Source: an uncultured Verrucomicrobiae bacterium
Lineage (GTDB): Bacteria > Verrucomicrobiota > Verrucomicrobiia > Limisphaerales > Palsa-1400
Length of the DNA stretch: 64,000 bases
Reading direction: 5' to 3'
Assembly: GCA_963764165.1 (NCBI GenBank)
Contig: CAVXRD010000002.1
Span: 576,001-640,000, forward strand
Positions 28,396 through 40,000 of the stretch are shown here, piece by piece. Positions within the stretch are counted from its first letter, which is position 1. Each line of letters opens with the position of its first letter. Made by a program: the position numbers and the translations under genes. The notes under the pieces are model-generated. The model saw only the letters and a program-made list of their open reading frames with translations, was not told where the DNA came from and searched no databases.

Positions 28396-29985
28396 ATGAC
28401 CGCGCTGAAACAGGAGATCCAAACCGCCCTGCGAGCTGTTGCCAAACTTCTGGCTCTCATCGCGTTATGCGCAAGTGCCGCCGCCCAGACTGCCTTCACC
28501 TACCAAGGACGATTGAATGACGCCAACGGCTCTGCAAACGGCAATTTCGACTTTGCTTTTACACTTTACACGGACCCGGAAAGCGATTCGCTGGTTGCCG
28601 GACCGCTAACCAATGGCGCGGTGGTGGTGACAAACGGTTTGTTCACGACGATCGTCGACTTCGGCCCGGGAGCATTCAACGGTTCCAGCAACTGGCTCTC
28701 GATTGCTGTGCGCACCAACGGCGGCACAATATTTACGGCGCTTAGCCCGCGACAACCGCTTACTCCCGCCCCGGTGGCGATCTATGCGCTCAACGGCCCG
28801 GCCCAAACGATCCCTCCCGGATCCATCACGGGCAGCCAGCTCGCCGCGCAAAGCGTGTCGACGACCAACCTCACTCTTGCCAGCGCCGTCAGCATGGTCA
28901 CCGGCAACATTGCGGCCTACGGCCTGCGTCGGTTCGCCTGGTCGAATACCATTGCCGAATGGTCGTCGATCCACCGCCCGTTTTTCTTTTCGACCATTGG
29001 CAGCGGCTGGACTGAGGATTCAGAGTTTGGCGGAGTCGTCACGAACATCTTCTCCTATATGCCGTGCGCGGGCTTCGCCTCGACCATATGGTACCAGGAC
29101 CCGGTCACGATCACCTACGGGCCCGTGACAGGTCAGGATACGGCGCTATTTGCCAATGGTGATGACACAAATTGGCATTCGTCCTACTTTATCTTGACAA
29201 ACGTCGGCAACATCATTTCCCCCGTGGCTGTGCCATTCTCCTCCGCGGTTAACGGCTTGATCACCAGCGACGTTACCAGTGTTTCGTATTTGGCCAACCC
29301 GAAAGCAGGGTCCTTCGCGGTTGAGATCCGCACCAATGGTGACTATTATGCGAATTTCACCAATCTTGACTCGACCTGGAAGACCGTCGCCACAGTCAAC
29401 GCTTCCAACACATCGTGGATAGGTCGCACTCTATGGTGGACAAATTCCCAGCCGATGCTGGCGCAGTTGCGCGTGCGCGCGACGAGCCCGGGTCAGACTC
29501 CCATCGTGGACTTCGCTCAATGGAACAGTTCGGTAACCAACGGCGTTATCCTTTCTCAATATGGACATCAGGCTTCCAGCTTATGGTGGAACCAGACAGA
29601 CACGAACAAAGTGTTCCCGATTTGGCAGGGTTGGCGTCCAGATCTGATTTTGCTCACGGGCGGCCTGGGTGACGGGATTGCGCTGGACTCCAACATCGTC
29701 ACCGAGTTGCAATTGATGAAGGCCGGTTTTCCAAATTCCGATATTGTGGATGTCGGCGTGCATGAGATTATTGCGCCCTATACAGACGTGTTTGAGCGCT
29801 CATACTGCTTCTCCCAAGGAATTCCTTACTTCGACGGGCAAGCTGCCTCAATGGCGGCATGGGGCAGCTATAGCAATGGATTTGCCATCGGGATGTATCA
29901 AGACGAGGCTCACTTAACCGTGGCAGGTTACGCCGTTTTCAGTCAATTGTTATGGTCCTGGCTGGATTTGACAGGTGTTCATTGA
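28396..29985 (+). CDS. Secreted protein with N-terminal TAFTYQGRL domain and SGNH-like C-terminal region
   Basis: Signal peptide; AFTYQGRL...NGLFTTIVDFG...LSPRQPLT; PDLILLTGGLGD and DEAHLTVAGY resemble SGNH blocks III and V. Confidence 0.7.
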   Translation: MTALKQEIQTALRAVAKLLALIALCASAAAQTAFTYQGRLNDANGSANGNFDFAFTLYTDPESDSLVAGPLTNGAVVVTNGLFTTIVDFGPGAFNGSSNWLSIAVRTNGGTIFTALSPRQPLTPAPVAIYALNGPAQTIPPGSITGSQLAAQSVSTTNLTLASAVSMVTGNIAAYGLRRFAWSNTIAEWSSIHRPFFFSTIGSGWTEDSEFGGVVTNIFSYMPCAGFASTIWYQDPVTITYGPVTGQDTALFANGDDTNWHSSYFILTNVGNIISPVAVPFSSAVNGLITSDVTSVSYLANPKAGSFAVEIRTNGDYYANFTNLDSTWKTVATVNASNTSWIGRTLWWTNSQPMLAQLRVRATSPGQTPIVDFAQWNSSVTNGVILSQYGHQASSLWWNQTDTNKVFPIWQGWRPDLILLTGGLGDGIALDSNIVTELQLMKAGFPNSDIVDVGVHEIIAPYTDVFERSYCFSQGIPYFDGQAASMAAWGSYSNGFAIGMYQDEAHLTVAGYAVFSQLLWSWLDLTGVH

Positions 29986-30004
29986 TTCGGCGCTTAACCA
30001 TTCT

Positions 30005-30712
30005 ATGACAGCGAAGGAGATCGTAGCGGCCCTGAAGCCTCTCGGCAATGAGTCTTACAAAAAGATTCTGCTGAACCACGGCATTCAAGAGCCCGTCTTC
30101 GGCGTCAAAGTCGAGGATCTGAAAAAAATTCAAGCCAAAGTCAAGAAGAACTACCAGCTGGCGCTTGACCTTTACGATACCGGCATCTACGACGCCATGT
30201 ACCTTGCCGGATTGATCGCCGACGATGCCAAGATGTCGAAAGCCGATCTCAAGAAGTGGCTGGCGAAGGCCAATTGCTCTTCCCTCGCCGAGTACACGGT
30301 GGCATGGGTCGCGTCCGAAAGCCCGCACGGCTGGGAATTGGCAAACCAGTGGATTGATTCAAAAGATGAGACGGAGGCTTCCTGCGGCTGGGCGACTCTG
30401 CGCAGCCTGGTCGCCATCAAGCCGGATTCAGAATTAGACTTGACGGCATTGAAGAAGCTTTTGCAGCGCGTGCAAGCGGCCATTCATCAGCAGCCGGACC
30501 GCGCGCGTTATGCCATGAACGGCTTCATGATCGCGCTCGGAACATATGTTGAACCGCTCACTGAGGCAGCCTTGAAAACCGCCGCCGCCATCGGCCCAAT
30601 CTCGGTAAACATGGACGGCACCTCGTGCAAGGTCCCTTCGGTCGCGGAGCAGATTCAAAAGGCCCAAAAGCGCAAAGCCATCGGCAAGAAACGCAAATCC
30701 GCCAAGTGCTGA
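30005..30712 (+). CDS. DNA alkylation repair (AlkD-like HEAT repeat) protein
   Basis: FGVKVEDLKKI...LALDLYDTGIYDAMYLAGLI; basic C-terminus. Confidence 0.8.
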   Translation: MTAKEIVAALKPLGNESYKKILLNHGIQEPVFGVKVEDLKKIQAKVKKNYQLALDLYDTGIYDAMYLAGLIADDAKMSKADLKKWLAKANCSSLAEYTVAWVASESPHGWELANQWIDSKDETEASCGWATLRSLVAIKPDSELDLTALKKLLQRVQAAIHQQPDRARYAMNGFMIALGTYVEPLTEAALKTAAAIGPISVNMDGTSCKVPSVAEQIQKAQKRKAIGKKRKSAKC

Positions 30713-30966
30713 CGGGATAGCGTTCCAGCCTCGTTAAACCAGCGCGTTCGGCGCGATCAGGTTCCCGCTGCTGAGCCGCTGCCATGATTCCCGCGCTCAT
30801 GCGAACCATGGGAATGGCGGGAACAATGGGCCGCTTCGGCAGCCTCGCCCTGCCGGCCTCCCATAGTCATCGGACGAATTATCTGGCGCCGCGATTATAT
30901 GGCAATTTTTGCTTTCGCAGATTAGATTCCGAACCGCTGGCCGCTTTTGGCGCGCCAGCCCAGCTC

Positions 30967-32829
30967 ATGCAGGATTCGACGACCAGCGCAACCTCCAGCC
31001 GCGAGTATCCCACCGGGGAACTCGTTCGGCGTCTGCTGGCTTTGGCCTGGCGGCATCGGGTGGATTTTATCTTGTGCGTGGCGCTAAGCCTGGTGCTTCT
31101 TCTCCTGGGCTTGGTCGGATTGCAATTGCTCGGCGTTGTCATCGATGTCATCCGGCACACATTGGATCCGAAGCTGATGGAGCCGCGGTACCCTTTCGGA
31201 TGGAAGCCTCCGGCAGCATGGTCGCCGATCAAAATCGTCTCCGTCCTGGCGGCGGCGATTGTTGGGCAAGCGGTCTTGCGGGCGGTGCTCACCTATTTTT
31301 TCAACCTCACCACCGCGAGCCTGGCTCAGGCCAAGATTGTGCCGGATCTTCGCCACAGCCTATATGCGCGATTGCAGCGGTTGAGCTTTCGTTTTTTTGA
31401 TGTTCACGGCTCCAGCTCGATCTTCAACCGCGTGACCGGCGATGTTCAGAACACGCGCCTCTTCATCGACGGCGTTCTTTTGCAAGGGCTCAATATGGTG
31501 CTCACATTGGCGACGTATGCGGTGTTCATGTGGCGGATTCATCCGGGGTTGACGCTGGCGTGCTTGTGGGTGGCGATTCCCCTCTGGTATGTGACCACTT
31601 ATTATTCCGGCCGTCTTCGCCCCATGTATTTGCGGAACCGCGAATTGTCCGACGACCTGGTGCAATTGTTCACCGAGAGCGTCAAGGGCATGCAAACGAT
31701 TAAAGGCTTCGCCGCCGAGCCTCACCAAATCCGGCGCTTCGCCGAAGCGAACAATAACGTCTCAACACAGCAGCGGCGCATATTCGCCGACCTATCGGTG
31801 TTCACGCCGCTGACGCAGTTCCTGTCGCAAGCGAGCCTTGTCATTTTGTTCGCCTACGGCGGCTGGCTTTATGTGAAGGGGCAAATTTCGCTCGGCAGCG
31901 GGCTCGTTGTCTTCGCGGGCTTGCTTCAACAGTTCAACGGACAGGTCGCCAACATTTCGAACATAGCCAATTCCATCCAGCAAAGCCTCGCTGCGGCGCG
32001 GCGCGTGTTTGAAGTGCTCGATATGCCGCTCGGCGTTGAAAACAAACCCAGCGCCATTGTCCCGCCGAGATTGACCGGGCGCATCATGTTTGAAAATGTG
32101 ACATTCGGATACGGGCCGGAACATCCGGTTCTTAACAACGTTTCGTTCGAGGCCAAGCCGGGCCAGATCGTCGGCATTTTTGGAATGACCGGCTCGGGCA
32201 AAAGCACGGTGCTTGGTTTGATTCCGCGCTTCTACGATCCGCAACGCGGCCGCGTGACCGCCGACGGCGTGGACTTGCGCGAATTGGATCTCGACGAGTT
32301 TCGCCGCCAGATCGGCATCGTCTATCAGGAGAGTTTTCTTTTTTCCAATACCGTCAGCGCCAACATCGCCTTCGGTCATCCGCACGCCTCGCAGGAGCGG
32401 ATTGAAGCCGCCGCCCGCATCGCGCGCGCGCACGATTTCATCATGGCCCTGCCGCAGGGTTACGGAACCGTCCTTGGCGAATCCGGCGTGGATTTGTCGG
32501 GCGGCCAGCGGCAGCGGCTCGCGCTGGCGAGGGCGCTGCTGCTCGAGCCGCCCATTCTTATACTTGACGATCCAACGGCTTCGGTGGATTCCAAAACGGA
32601 ACACGAAATCGTCACCGCGCTGCGCGCTGCCATGACGGGCCGGACGGCCTTTGTCGTGTCGAGCCGGCTGAGTTTGTTGAAGCAGGCGGACGTCATTCTG
32701 GTTTTTGACAATGGGCGGTTGATTCAAACGGGCACGCATGAGCAACTGGCTCATCAGCCAGGCCCTTACCACCAAACGGCGCTGCTCCAATTGATGGATC
32801 TCGGCCAGACGCAGGGAAACGCCGCATGA
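30967..32829 (+). CDS. ABC exporter subunit (TMD+NBD) with degenerate Walker B and H-switch
   Basis: GMTGSGKS, LSGGQRQR, ILILDD (E to D), VVSSRL (H to S). Confidence 0.92.
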   Translation: MQDSTTSATSSREYPTGELVRRLLALAWRHRVDFILCVALSLVLLLLGLVGLQLLGVVIDVIRHTLDPKLMEPRYPFGWKPPAAWSPIKIVSVLAAAIVGQAVLRAVLTYFFNLTTASLAQAKIVPDLRHSLYARLQRLSFRFFDVHGSSSIFNRVTGDVQNTRLFIDGVLLQGLNMVLTLATYAVFMWRIHPGLTLACLWVAIPLWYVTTYYSGRLRPMYLRNRELSDDLVQLFTESVKGMQTIKGFAAEPHQIRRFAEANNNVSTQQRRIFADLSVFTPLTQFLSQASLVILFAYGGWLYVKGQISLGSGLVVFAGLLQQFNGQVANISNIANSIQQSLAAARRVFEVLDMPLGVENKPSAIVPPRLTGRIMFENVTFGYGPEHPVLNNVSFEAKPGQIVGIFGMTGSGKSTVLGLIPRFYDPQRGRVTADGVDLRELDLDEFRRQIGIVYQESFLFSNTVSANIAFGHPHASQERIEAAARIARAHDFIMALPQGYGTVLGESGVDLSGGQRQRLALARALLLEPPILILDDPTASVDSKTEHEIVTALRAAMTGRTAFVVSSRLSLLKQADVILVFDNGRLIQTGTHEQLAHQPGPYHQTALLQLMDLGQTQGNAA

Positions 32830-34709
32830 GTTCCGCGCCGCCGTCAACAACAACGCCGCCCGCCGGTTCGCAGCCTTCCGCGCAATCCGGGCTGACCGCC
32901 CACGAGCGGGAGGCCATCACGTTTTATCAGGAAGAAAATGACGCGGAGGCGAAGCAAGCGCCGCTGCAATGGTCGCTGGTGCGGCGCATTTTCCTCTACA
33001 CCCTGCCCTACCGCCCCCGCCGCAATTGGCTTTTCGTCTTGACGGTTTTGCGCGGCGCGCAGCTTCCCGCGATGGCGTGGATGATTGGCGCGACCATCAA
33101 TGGCCCCATCGCCGGGCGCGACTGGCTGGGCATCCAGCTTTACGCCGCCGCCTATCTGGCGCTGACGATATTCATGATCATCACGCTCCATTTCCGGCAG
33201 GCCTTCGCGTTGGAATTGGGAGAGGCCGTCGTTCACGACATGAGGCGTGATTTATTTGACAAGCTCGCGACCTTTCCCATGTCGTTTTACAACGAAACCA
33301 AATTTGGCCGCATCATCAGCCGGCTGACTTCCGACATCGACAGCATTCGCGTCGGCGTGCAGGACGTAGCGTATGTGTTCGCGGTGCAAGGGATGCAGAT
33401 GGCCGTCTCGGGTGCGCTGATGGCGTGGTATAATTGGAAGCTCTTCGCGATCATGATGCTGCTGGCGCCGATCATTTGGGTCATCAACGAGCGCTATCGT
33501 GTGATCATGGGCGAGCGCCTTCGCAAAGTGCAGCAATCCTGGAGCCGGCTTGCCTCAACCCTTGCCGAATCGGTCGGCGGCATCCGCGTGACGCAGGCGT
33601 TTGTCCGGCACGAAATCAATTCCGGCTTTTTCCGCAAGCTGGTCGATGTGCATGGCGACAATAACATCGGCGTGGCGCGGGCGTCGGCGGTGTTCGTGCC
33701 GCTGCTGCAAATGAAAAGCCAGTTGTTCTTGGGCGTCATGGCGCTGGTGGGGGGTTACGGCGCGCTTCGCTGGACGGGCTGGGCGCACATGAATGTCGGC
33801 GACCTTGTTATGTTTTTCTTTCTGGCCAATTTGTTTTTTGAGCCGGTGCAGGTTCTCGGCGATCGCTACAATCAAGCACTCACGGCCATGGCGGGAGCTG
33901 AGCGATTGTATCGCATGCTCGATCAGGCGCCCGCATGGGTGGATGCGCCCAACGCGAAACCGCTGCCGTCCATCCAAGGCCGGGTGGAATTTCGTTCCGT
34001 CCATTTTGAATATAAGCCGGGCCGCCCCGTTCTTATGGATATATCCTTCGTTGCCGAGCCGGGGCAAACCATCGCGCTGGTCGGCCACACTGGAAGCGGG
34101 AAGACCACCATCGCGGCGCTCTTGCAGAAATTCTATCTGCCCACCCGCGGCAACATTCTTATTGACGGATATGATCTGCTGGATATCACTTCCGCTTCGC
34201 TGCATGAGCAAATGGGAAGCGTGCAGCAGAACAATTTTCTTTTTTCCGGCACGGTGCTGGAGAACATTCGATACGCCCGGCCCAACGCCACTGAAGCTGA
34301 GGTTCGGCGCGTATTGGAAACGCTGGATTGCACGGATATGATCGAATCGTTGTCCGGGGGATTGAATCACCAAGTGGGCCAGCAAAGCTCGGCGCTTTCG
34401 CTTGGCCAGCGCCAACTGGTGTGCTTCGCCCGCGCCATGCTGGCTGACCCGCGCATTGTCGTCCTTGACGAAGCCACCAGCGCCATCGACACGATGACTG
34501 AAACCCGGCTCCAGCGCGCGCTGGAGATTTTGCTGCGCGGCCGCACGGCGTTTGTGGTCGCGCACCGGTTAAGCACCATCCGCAAATCCAACCAAGTTTT
34601 CGTGCTGGATTCCGGACGGATTGTGGAACGCGGCACACATGAAAGTCTGCTTCGAGATGGCGGCGTTTACGCGCGGCTTCACAAAGAATTCATTGGCGCA
34701 AATGATTAA
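32826..34709 (+). CDS. ABC exporter subunit (TMD+NBD), heterodimer partner
   Basis: GHTGSGKT, LSLGQRQ, VVLDEATS, VAHRLST; ATGA overlap with upstream gene. Confidence 0.93.
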   Translation: MSSAPPSTTTPPAGSQPSAQSGLTAHEREAITFYQEENDAEAKQAPLQWSLVRRIFLYTLPYRPRRNWLFVLTVLRGAQLPAMAWMIGATINGPIAGRDWLGIQLYAAAYLALTIFMIITLHFRQAFALELGEAVVHDMRRDLFDKLATFPMSFYNETKFGRIISRLTSDIDSIRVGVQDVAYVFAVQGMQMAVSGALMAWYNWKLFAIMMLLAPIIWVINERYRVIMGERLRKVQQSWSRLASTLAESVGGIRVTQAFVRHEINSGFFRKLVDVHGDNNIGVARASAVFVPLLQMKSQLFLGVMALVGGYGALRWTGWAHMNVGDLVMFFFLANLFFEPVQVLGDRYNQALTAMAGAERLYRMLDQAPAWVDAPNAKPLPSIQGRVEFRSVHFEYKPGRPVLMDISFVAEPGQTIALVGHTGSGKTTIAALLQKFYLPTRGNILIDGYDLLDITSASLHEQMGSVQQNNFLFSGTVLENIRYARPNATEAEVRRVLETLDCTDMIESLSGGLNHQVGQQSSALSLGQRQLVCFARAMLADPRIVVLDEATSAIDTMTETRLQRALEILLRGRTAFVVAHRLSTIRKSNQVFVLDSGRIVERGTHESLLRDGGVYARLHKEFIGAND

Positions 34710-34782
34710 TGTGCGTGTTATTGCATATTGCAACATGCGTTCTCGTTTTTTGCAACCAGTGCAGATTGCACGCAGCTTAAGG

Positions 34783-34860
34783 GGCAGGGATGTCTCGACG
34801 AGGCGTCGGGGAAGTGTTGGGCTATGCGCCACGCTGACCCCTCGGCGAGGCATTCCTGCC
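34783..34860. repeat. Degenerate REP doublet, family A
   Basis: GGCAGGGATGTCTCGACGAGGCGTC ... GACCCCTCGGCGAGGCATTCCTGCC resembles the 4219-4322 element. Confidence 0.65.
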
Positions 34861-35027
34861 TTAAGAATCGGCGGAACGTGGCACGACTCTAGCAAGGGAA
34901 CTGATGTGCAGCGCCGATCACGAAGCCGGTTTTACAAAGCCCGCTATCTGGGAAAACAACAGGACGCACCGAACTCACGCGTCCGCCAGCCGCCTTTTGC
35001 AGGGGGTTCTGTCCGCATTTTTGGCGC

Positions 35028-37040
35028 ATGAATCCCGAATCATCATTTCCACAGGATGGCCGTCGGCGCGTGGTGATCGAGAATGTCACGCCTCAAGTTG
35101 ATTTTGGCCGGCATCCGGTGAAGCGCGTGGCAGGCGACACTGTTGCCGTTGCCGCAAACATTTTTGCGGACGGCCACGATTTGCTTTCCGCGGTCGTCAA
35201 ATTCCGGCCAGAGCAAAAGACGGCGTGGGAGGAATCGCCGCTTAAACTCATCAACAACGACAAATGGAGCGGCGGGTTCACCGTCAAGGAAGTCGGGCGG
35301 TACGTTTACACCGTCGAAGCGTGGGTTGACCGTTTCAAAACTTGGCGCAGCGATTTGCGAAAGAGAATTGAGGCCGGACAGGATGTCGCGGTCGATTTGC
35401 GCATGGGAGCAGCCTTGGTCGCAGAAGCCGCCAACCGCGCTCCGGCGCCCAGCGCGGAAACGCTTCGTCAATGGGCGCGGGAACTCGCGGCGGGAAAAAG
35501 CGCGACCGGGCGGGAATTGGCGGACTTCGCGCTCGATGAGGCTCTTTCGCAGCTCACTTTGCGCTACTGCGAACGCCACTTCGCCACGACGTGCGAGCGT
35601 GAATTGCCGATGGTCGTCGACCGCGAGCGGGCGCGATTCAGCGCATGGTATGAATTTTTCCCGCGTTCGTTTTCCTCTGAACCAGGCCGGCACGGGACGT
35701 TTCAGGATTGCGAGAAGCAATTGCCGCGCATCGCGGAAATGGGTTTCGACGTACTTTATTTTCCGCCGATACATCCCATCGGGCGCACCGCGCGCAAAGG
35801 GCCGAACAATTCCCCCACTTGCGGCCCCACGGGTCCCGGCAGCCCGTGGGCCATAGGCGCGGCGGAAGGCGGGCATAAATCGATTCACCCGGAATTGGGC
35901 ACGCTGAAGGATTTTCGGCATTTGATTCAAGCCGCGGAATCGCGCGGCATCGAGATCGCCATGGACATCGCGCTCCAATGCGCGCCGGATCATCCCTATG
36001 TCAGAGAGCACCCTGGATGGTTTCGGAAGCGCGCCGATGGCACGATTCAATACGCTGAGAATCCGCCCAAAAAATATCAGGACATTTACCCGTTCGATTT
36101 TGAATGCAGTGACTGGCGGGCGATGTGGACGGAACTCAAGAGCATCTTCGAATATTGGATGGCGCAGGGCATTCGCATATTCCGGGTGGATAATCCGCAC
36201 ACGAAACCTTTCCCGTTCTGGGAATGGTGCATCACCGATCTCAAAAAGCAGGATCCGAATTTAATATTCCTGGCCGAGGCGTTCACCCGCCCCGCTGTCA
36301 TGTGCCGGCTGGCCAAGCTCGGCTTCAGCCAGTCCTACAACTATTTCCCATGGCGGACGACCAAATACGAGCTGACCACATATTTGACAGAGCTGGCCCA
36401 CAGCGATGCGGCGGACTATTTCCGCCCGAATCTCTGGCCCAACACGCCGGACATCCTGCCATTGTATTTGCAGCTCGGGACGCGCTCGGTTTTTGCGACG
36501 CGCCTAATCCTTGCAGCCACTCTGGGTGCGAGTTATGGGATTTATGGCCCGGCGTTTGAGTTGTGCGAAGCCGCGCCGCTGAAACAAGGCGGCGAAGAAT
36601 ATTTGAACGCGGAAAAATTCGAGATTCGCCAGTGGGATTTGTCGGCGGCGGAGGATTTCTCCGATTTGATCGCGCGGGTGAACCAGATTCGCCGCGATAA
36701 TCCAGCGCTGCGCTCCAATCACCGTTTGCAATTTCATCCGGTCAACAACGACGCGCTGATCGCCTATTCGAAATCCACCGAAGGCGGCGAGGACACGGTG
36801 CTGACGGTGGTCAATCTTGATCCGCATCACACTCACAGTGGATTCGTCGAGCTGCCTCTCGGCGAATTTCTGCCAGATCCGGGCGCGACGTTCCAGATGC
36901 ACGATCTGTTGACGGACGTGCGATACCTTTGGAAAAGCCCGCGCAATTACGTGGAACTCAACCCCGGAATTTCCCCGGCCCATATCTTCCGGCTGCGCAA
37001 GCTCGTTCGGACAGAGGGGAATTTTGATTATTTTCTGTGA
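35028..37040 (+). CDS. glgE: Alpha-1,4-glucan:maltose-1-phosphate maltosyltransferase GlgE
   Basis: AWYEFFPRS, YAENPPKKYQDIYP, FRVDNPHTKP, FLAEAFTRP, WPNTPDIL. Confidence 0.96.
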   Translation: MNPESSFPQDGRRRVVIENVTPQVDFGRHPVKRVAGDTVAVAANIFADGHDLLSAVVKFRPEQKTAWEESPLKLINNDKWSGGFTVKEVGRYVYTVEAWVDRFKTWRSDLRKRIEAGQDVAVDLRMGAALVAEAANRAPAPSAETLRQWARELAAGKSATGRELADFALDEALSQLTLRYCERHFATTCERELPMVVDRERARFSAWYEFFPRSFSSEPGRHGTFQDCEKQLPRIAEMGFDVLYFPPIHPIGRTARKGPNNSPTCGPTGPGSPWAIGAAEGGHKSIHPELGTLKDFRHLIQAAESRGIEIAMDIALQCAPDHPYVREHPGWFRKRADGTIQYAENPPKKYQDIYPFDFECSDWRAMWTELKSIFEYWMAQGIRIFRVDNPHTKPFPFWEWCITDLKKQDPNLIFLAEAFTRPAVMCRLAKLGFSQSYNYFPWRTTKYELTTYLTELAHSDAADYFRPNLWPNTPDILPLYLQLGTRSVFATRLILAATLGASYGIYGPAFELCEAAPLKQGGEEYLNAEKFEIRQWDLSAAEDFSDLIARVNQIRRDNPALRSNHRLQFHPVNNDALIAYSKSTEGGEDTVLTVVNLDPHHTHSGFVELPLGEFLPDPGATFQMHDLLTDVRYLWKSPRNYVELNPGISPAHIFRLRKLVRTEGNFDYFL

Positions 37041-40000
37041 ACGCTCGAGAAGAACTTATGACGACGACTGAAGCTCCCAAAGCGGCGCCTGCAAAGGTGG
37101 AAGGCTGGTACAAAACGGCGGTGATTTACGAGGTGCATGTCCGCGCTTTCTACGACAGCGATGGCGACGGCGCGGGCGATTTCCGCGGCCTGACCATGAA
37201 GCTGGATTACCTGCACGATCTCGGCATCACGGCCATCTGGCTGCTTCCGTTTTATCCCTCGCCGCTGAAGGACGACGGATACGACATTTCCGATTATTAC
37301 GAAGTCCATCCGCGCTACGGGACACTGGCGGATTTCAAGGTGTTCATGCGCGAGGCGCACAAGCGCGGCATCCGCGTGATCACGGAGTTGGTGATGAACC
37401 ACACCTCCGACCAGCACCCCTGGTTCCAGCGCTCGCGCCGCGCCAAGCCCGGCAGCCATTGGCGCGACTATTACGTGTGGAGCGACACACCGGAAAAATA
37501 CAAAGGCACGCGCGTCATTTTCAAAGACACGGAAATCTCCAATTGGACGCTTGATCCAATGGCCAAGGCGTATTACTGGCACCGGTTTTATTCGCACCAG
37601 CCGGATTTGAATTTTGACCATCCGCCGGTGCGCGAGGAAATGCTGCGGGTGCTGGATTTTTGGTTCGAGCTGGGCGTGGACGGAGTTCGACTTGACGCTG
37701 TTCCCTATCTTTATGAGCGCGACGGCACCAGCTGCGAAAATCTCGCGGAGACGCACACCTTTCTCAAGTCGCTGCGCAAGCATGTCGATGACAATTACAA
37801 GGACAAGATGCTGCTGGCCGAGGCGAATCAATGGCCGGATGACGCGGTGGCTTACTTCGGCTCCGGCATTGGCGACGAATGCCACATGGCTTTCCACTTT
37901 CCGCTGATGCCGCGGCTGTTCATGGCGCTGCGGATGGAAGATCGCATTCCGATTGTTGACATTCTCCAGCAAACGCCCGCCATCCCGGAAACCGCGCAAT
38001 GGGCGCTCTTCCTGCGCAACCACGACGAGCTGACGCTGGAAATGGTGACCGATGAGGAGCGCGATTACATGTACCGCATGTACGCCCAAATCCACCAGGC
38101 GCGCCTGAACCTGGGCATCCGCCGCCGCCTGGCGCCACTGGTCGGCAACGACCGCAAGCGCATCGAATTATTGACAGCTTTGCTCTTTTCGCTTCCCGGC
38201 ACGCCCGTCATGTATTACGGGGACGAAATTGCAATGGGCGAAAATATTTACCTGGGCGACCGCAATGGCGTCCGCACGCCGATGCAATGGAGTTCCGACA
38301 AAAATGCCGGCTTCTCCCATGCGAATCCGCAGAGCCTTTACCTGCCGGTCAATGTCGATCCGGAAAATCATTACCAGGCAATCAACGTGGAGGTGCAGGA
38401 GCAAAACCGGCATTCGCTGCTGTGGTGGATGCGGCAGTTGATCGCGCTGCGGCAGCGCTGGAAAGGCTTTGGGCTTGGCACCATCGAATTTTTGCACCCG
38501 GAAAATCGCAAGATTCTCGCCTATCTTCGCAAGTACGAAGGTTCCACGGTCTTGGTGGTCGCGAATCTCTCGCGCATGTTCCAGCCGGTGGAATTGGATT
38601 TGGCCTCTTACCAAGGGTCCGTGCCGGTGGAATTTTTCGGACGCAACGAACTCCCGCCCATCACCGACAAGCCCTATTTCATGACGCTCGGGCCGCACTC
38701 GTTCTGCTGGTTCGCGCTGCAATCCAAGGTCACCGCCCAGGCGGAATCCAGCGGGGGCGCACCCGTCGGCGCCCAGGCCCGCGCCCTGCTGACCGTTCAG
38801 GAGGATTGGTCGGAGGTGTTGGAATTTGGCAACCGCGGCCGCCTTGAAACTGCCCTGCAAAGCTGGCTTCCATCGCGCCGCTGGTTTGCAGGCAAGGCGC
38901 GCACGGTGAAGAACGTCACCATCACCGAGGCGATTCGCATCCCGATGGAAAAGGAACACACCTTCCTCATGTTCGTGCAGGTGGATTATATCCAGACTGA
39001 ACCAGAACTTTATGTTGTCCCATTGGCTTGCGCGCTGGGCGAAAAATCCGATCCCCTCTGCCGTGATTGGCCATCGCTGGTGCTGGCTCGCTTGTCGATC
39101 ACTTCCAGCAACCAGGACGGCGTGCTCTACGACGCCATTGGCGACAAGGCCTTCTGCCGCGCCATACTGGACATCATTTCGACCCGGCGCGGTCTCACGG
39201 GAGAAAAAGGCAAATTGACGGCAATGCACACGGCTCTTCTGCGGAAGTTGCGGCGCGAAGGCGGACTCGATCTCGATCCGTCCGTCAGCAAAGCCGAGCA
39301 ATCCAATTCTTCCGTGATTTATGGCGACCGCCTGTTCCTCAAATTCCTGCGGCGTCTCGATTTCGGGGTGAACCCGGAACTGGAAATTGGCCGGTATCTC
39401 TCGAACCAAAAATTCGCGGGAACGGCGCCCTTGAACGGTGCATTAGAGTATGAAACCGGCAAGGAAGAGCCGATCACGGTGGCGGTTTTGAGTTCGTTTG
39501 TGCCGGGTTGCAAAACCGCATGGGATTATACGCTGGATGCGCTTGGGCGTTTCTACGAGCGCACGCAAACCCTGGTCGCTCCGAAAAATGTCGCGCCCGC
39601 TGTGCCCAATGTCCCACTCGTAAAGCTAGCGGCGATGGAATTGCCCGAAGACGCCAAGGAAGCCATTGGCTCCTATCTCGAGGATGTCCGCATGCTCGGT
39701 GAGCGAACCTCCGCCATGCATCAGGCTCTGGCAGCCGACACGGAAGATCCCGCGTTCCGGCCGGAACCATGGACGCTCAACGCGCAACGCGGGCTGTTCC
39801 AATCGATGCGCAACCTCACGCGCCAGAATTTTCACCTGCTCACGCAGCGTTTGAAAACCCTGCCACCCGATTTGCAGCCGCAGGCGCAGCAAGTGCTGGC
39901 GGCCGAAAGCGCATTGGTGCTGCGGTTGAAACGCCTTTATGAAGCGCCGCTCGATTCGGTCCGGACGCGCTACCACGGGGATTTCCATCTCGGCCAGATT

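Noticed and set aside
30967..32829. ABC subunit as a pseudogene because of E-to-D and H-to-S changes
   Set aside because: A degenerate nucleotide site is normal in heterodimeric ABC exporters and matches the partner's non-canonical LSLGQ signature
35043..39409. Long antisense ORFs (385, 355 and 413 aa) over glgE and treS
   Set aside because: Expected shadows of high-GC codon usage opposite well-conserved genes
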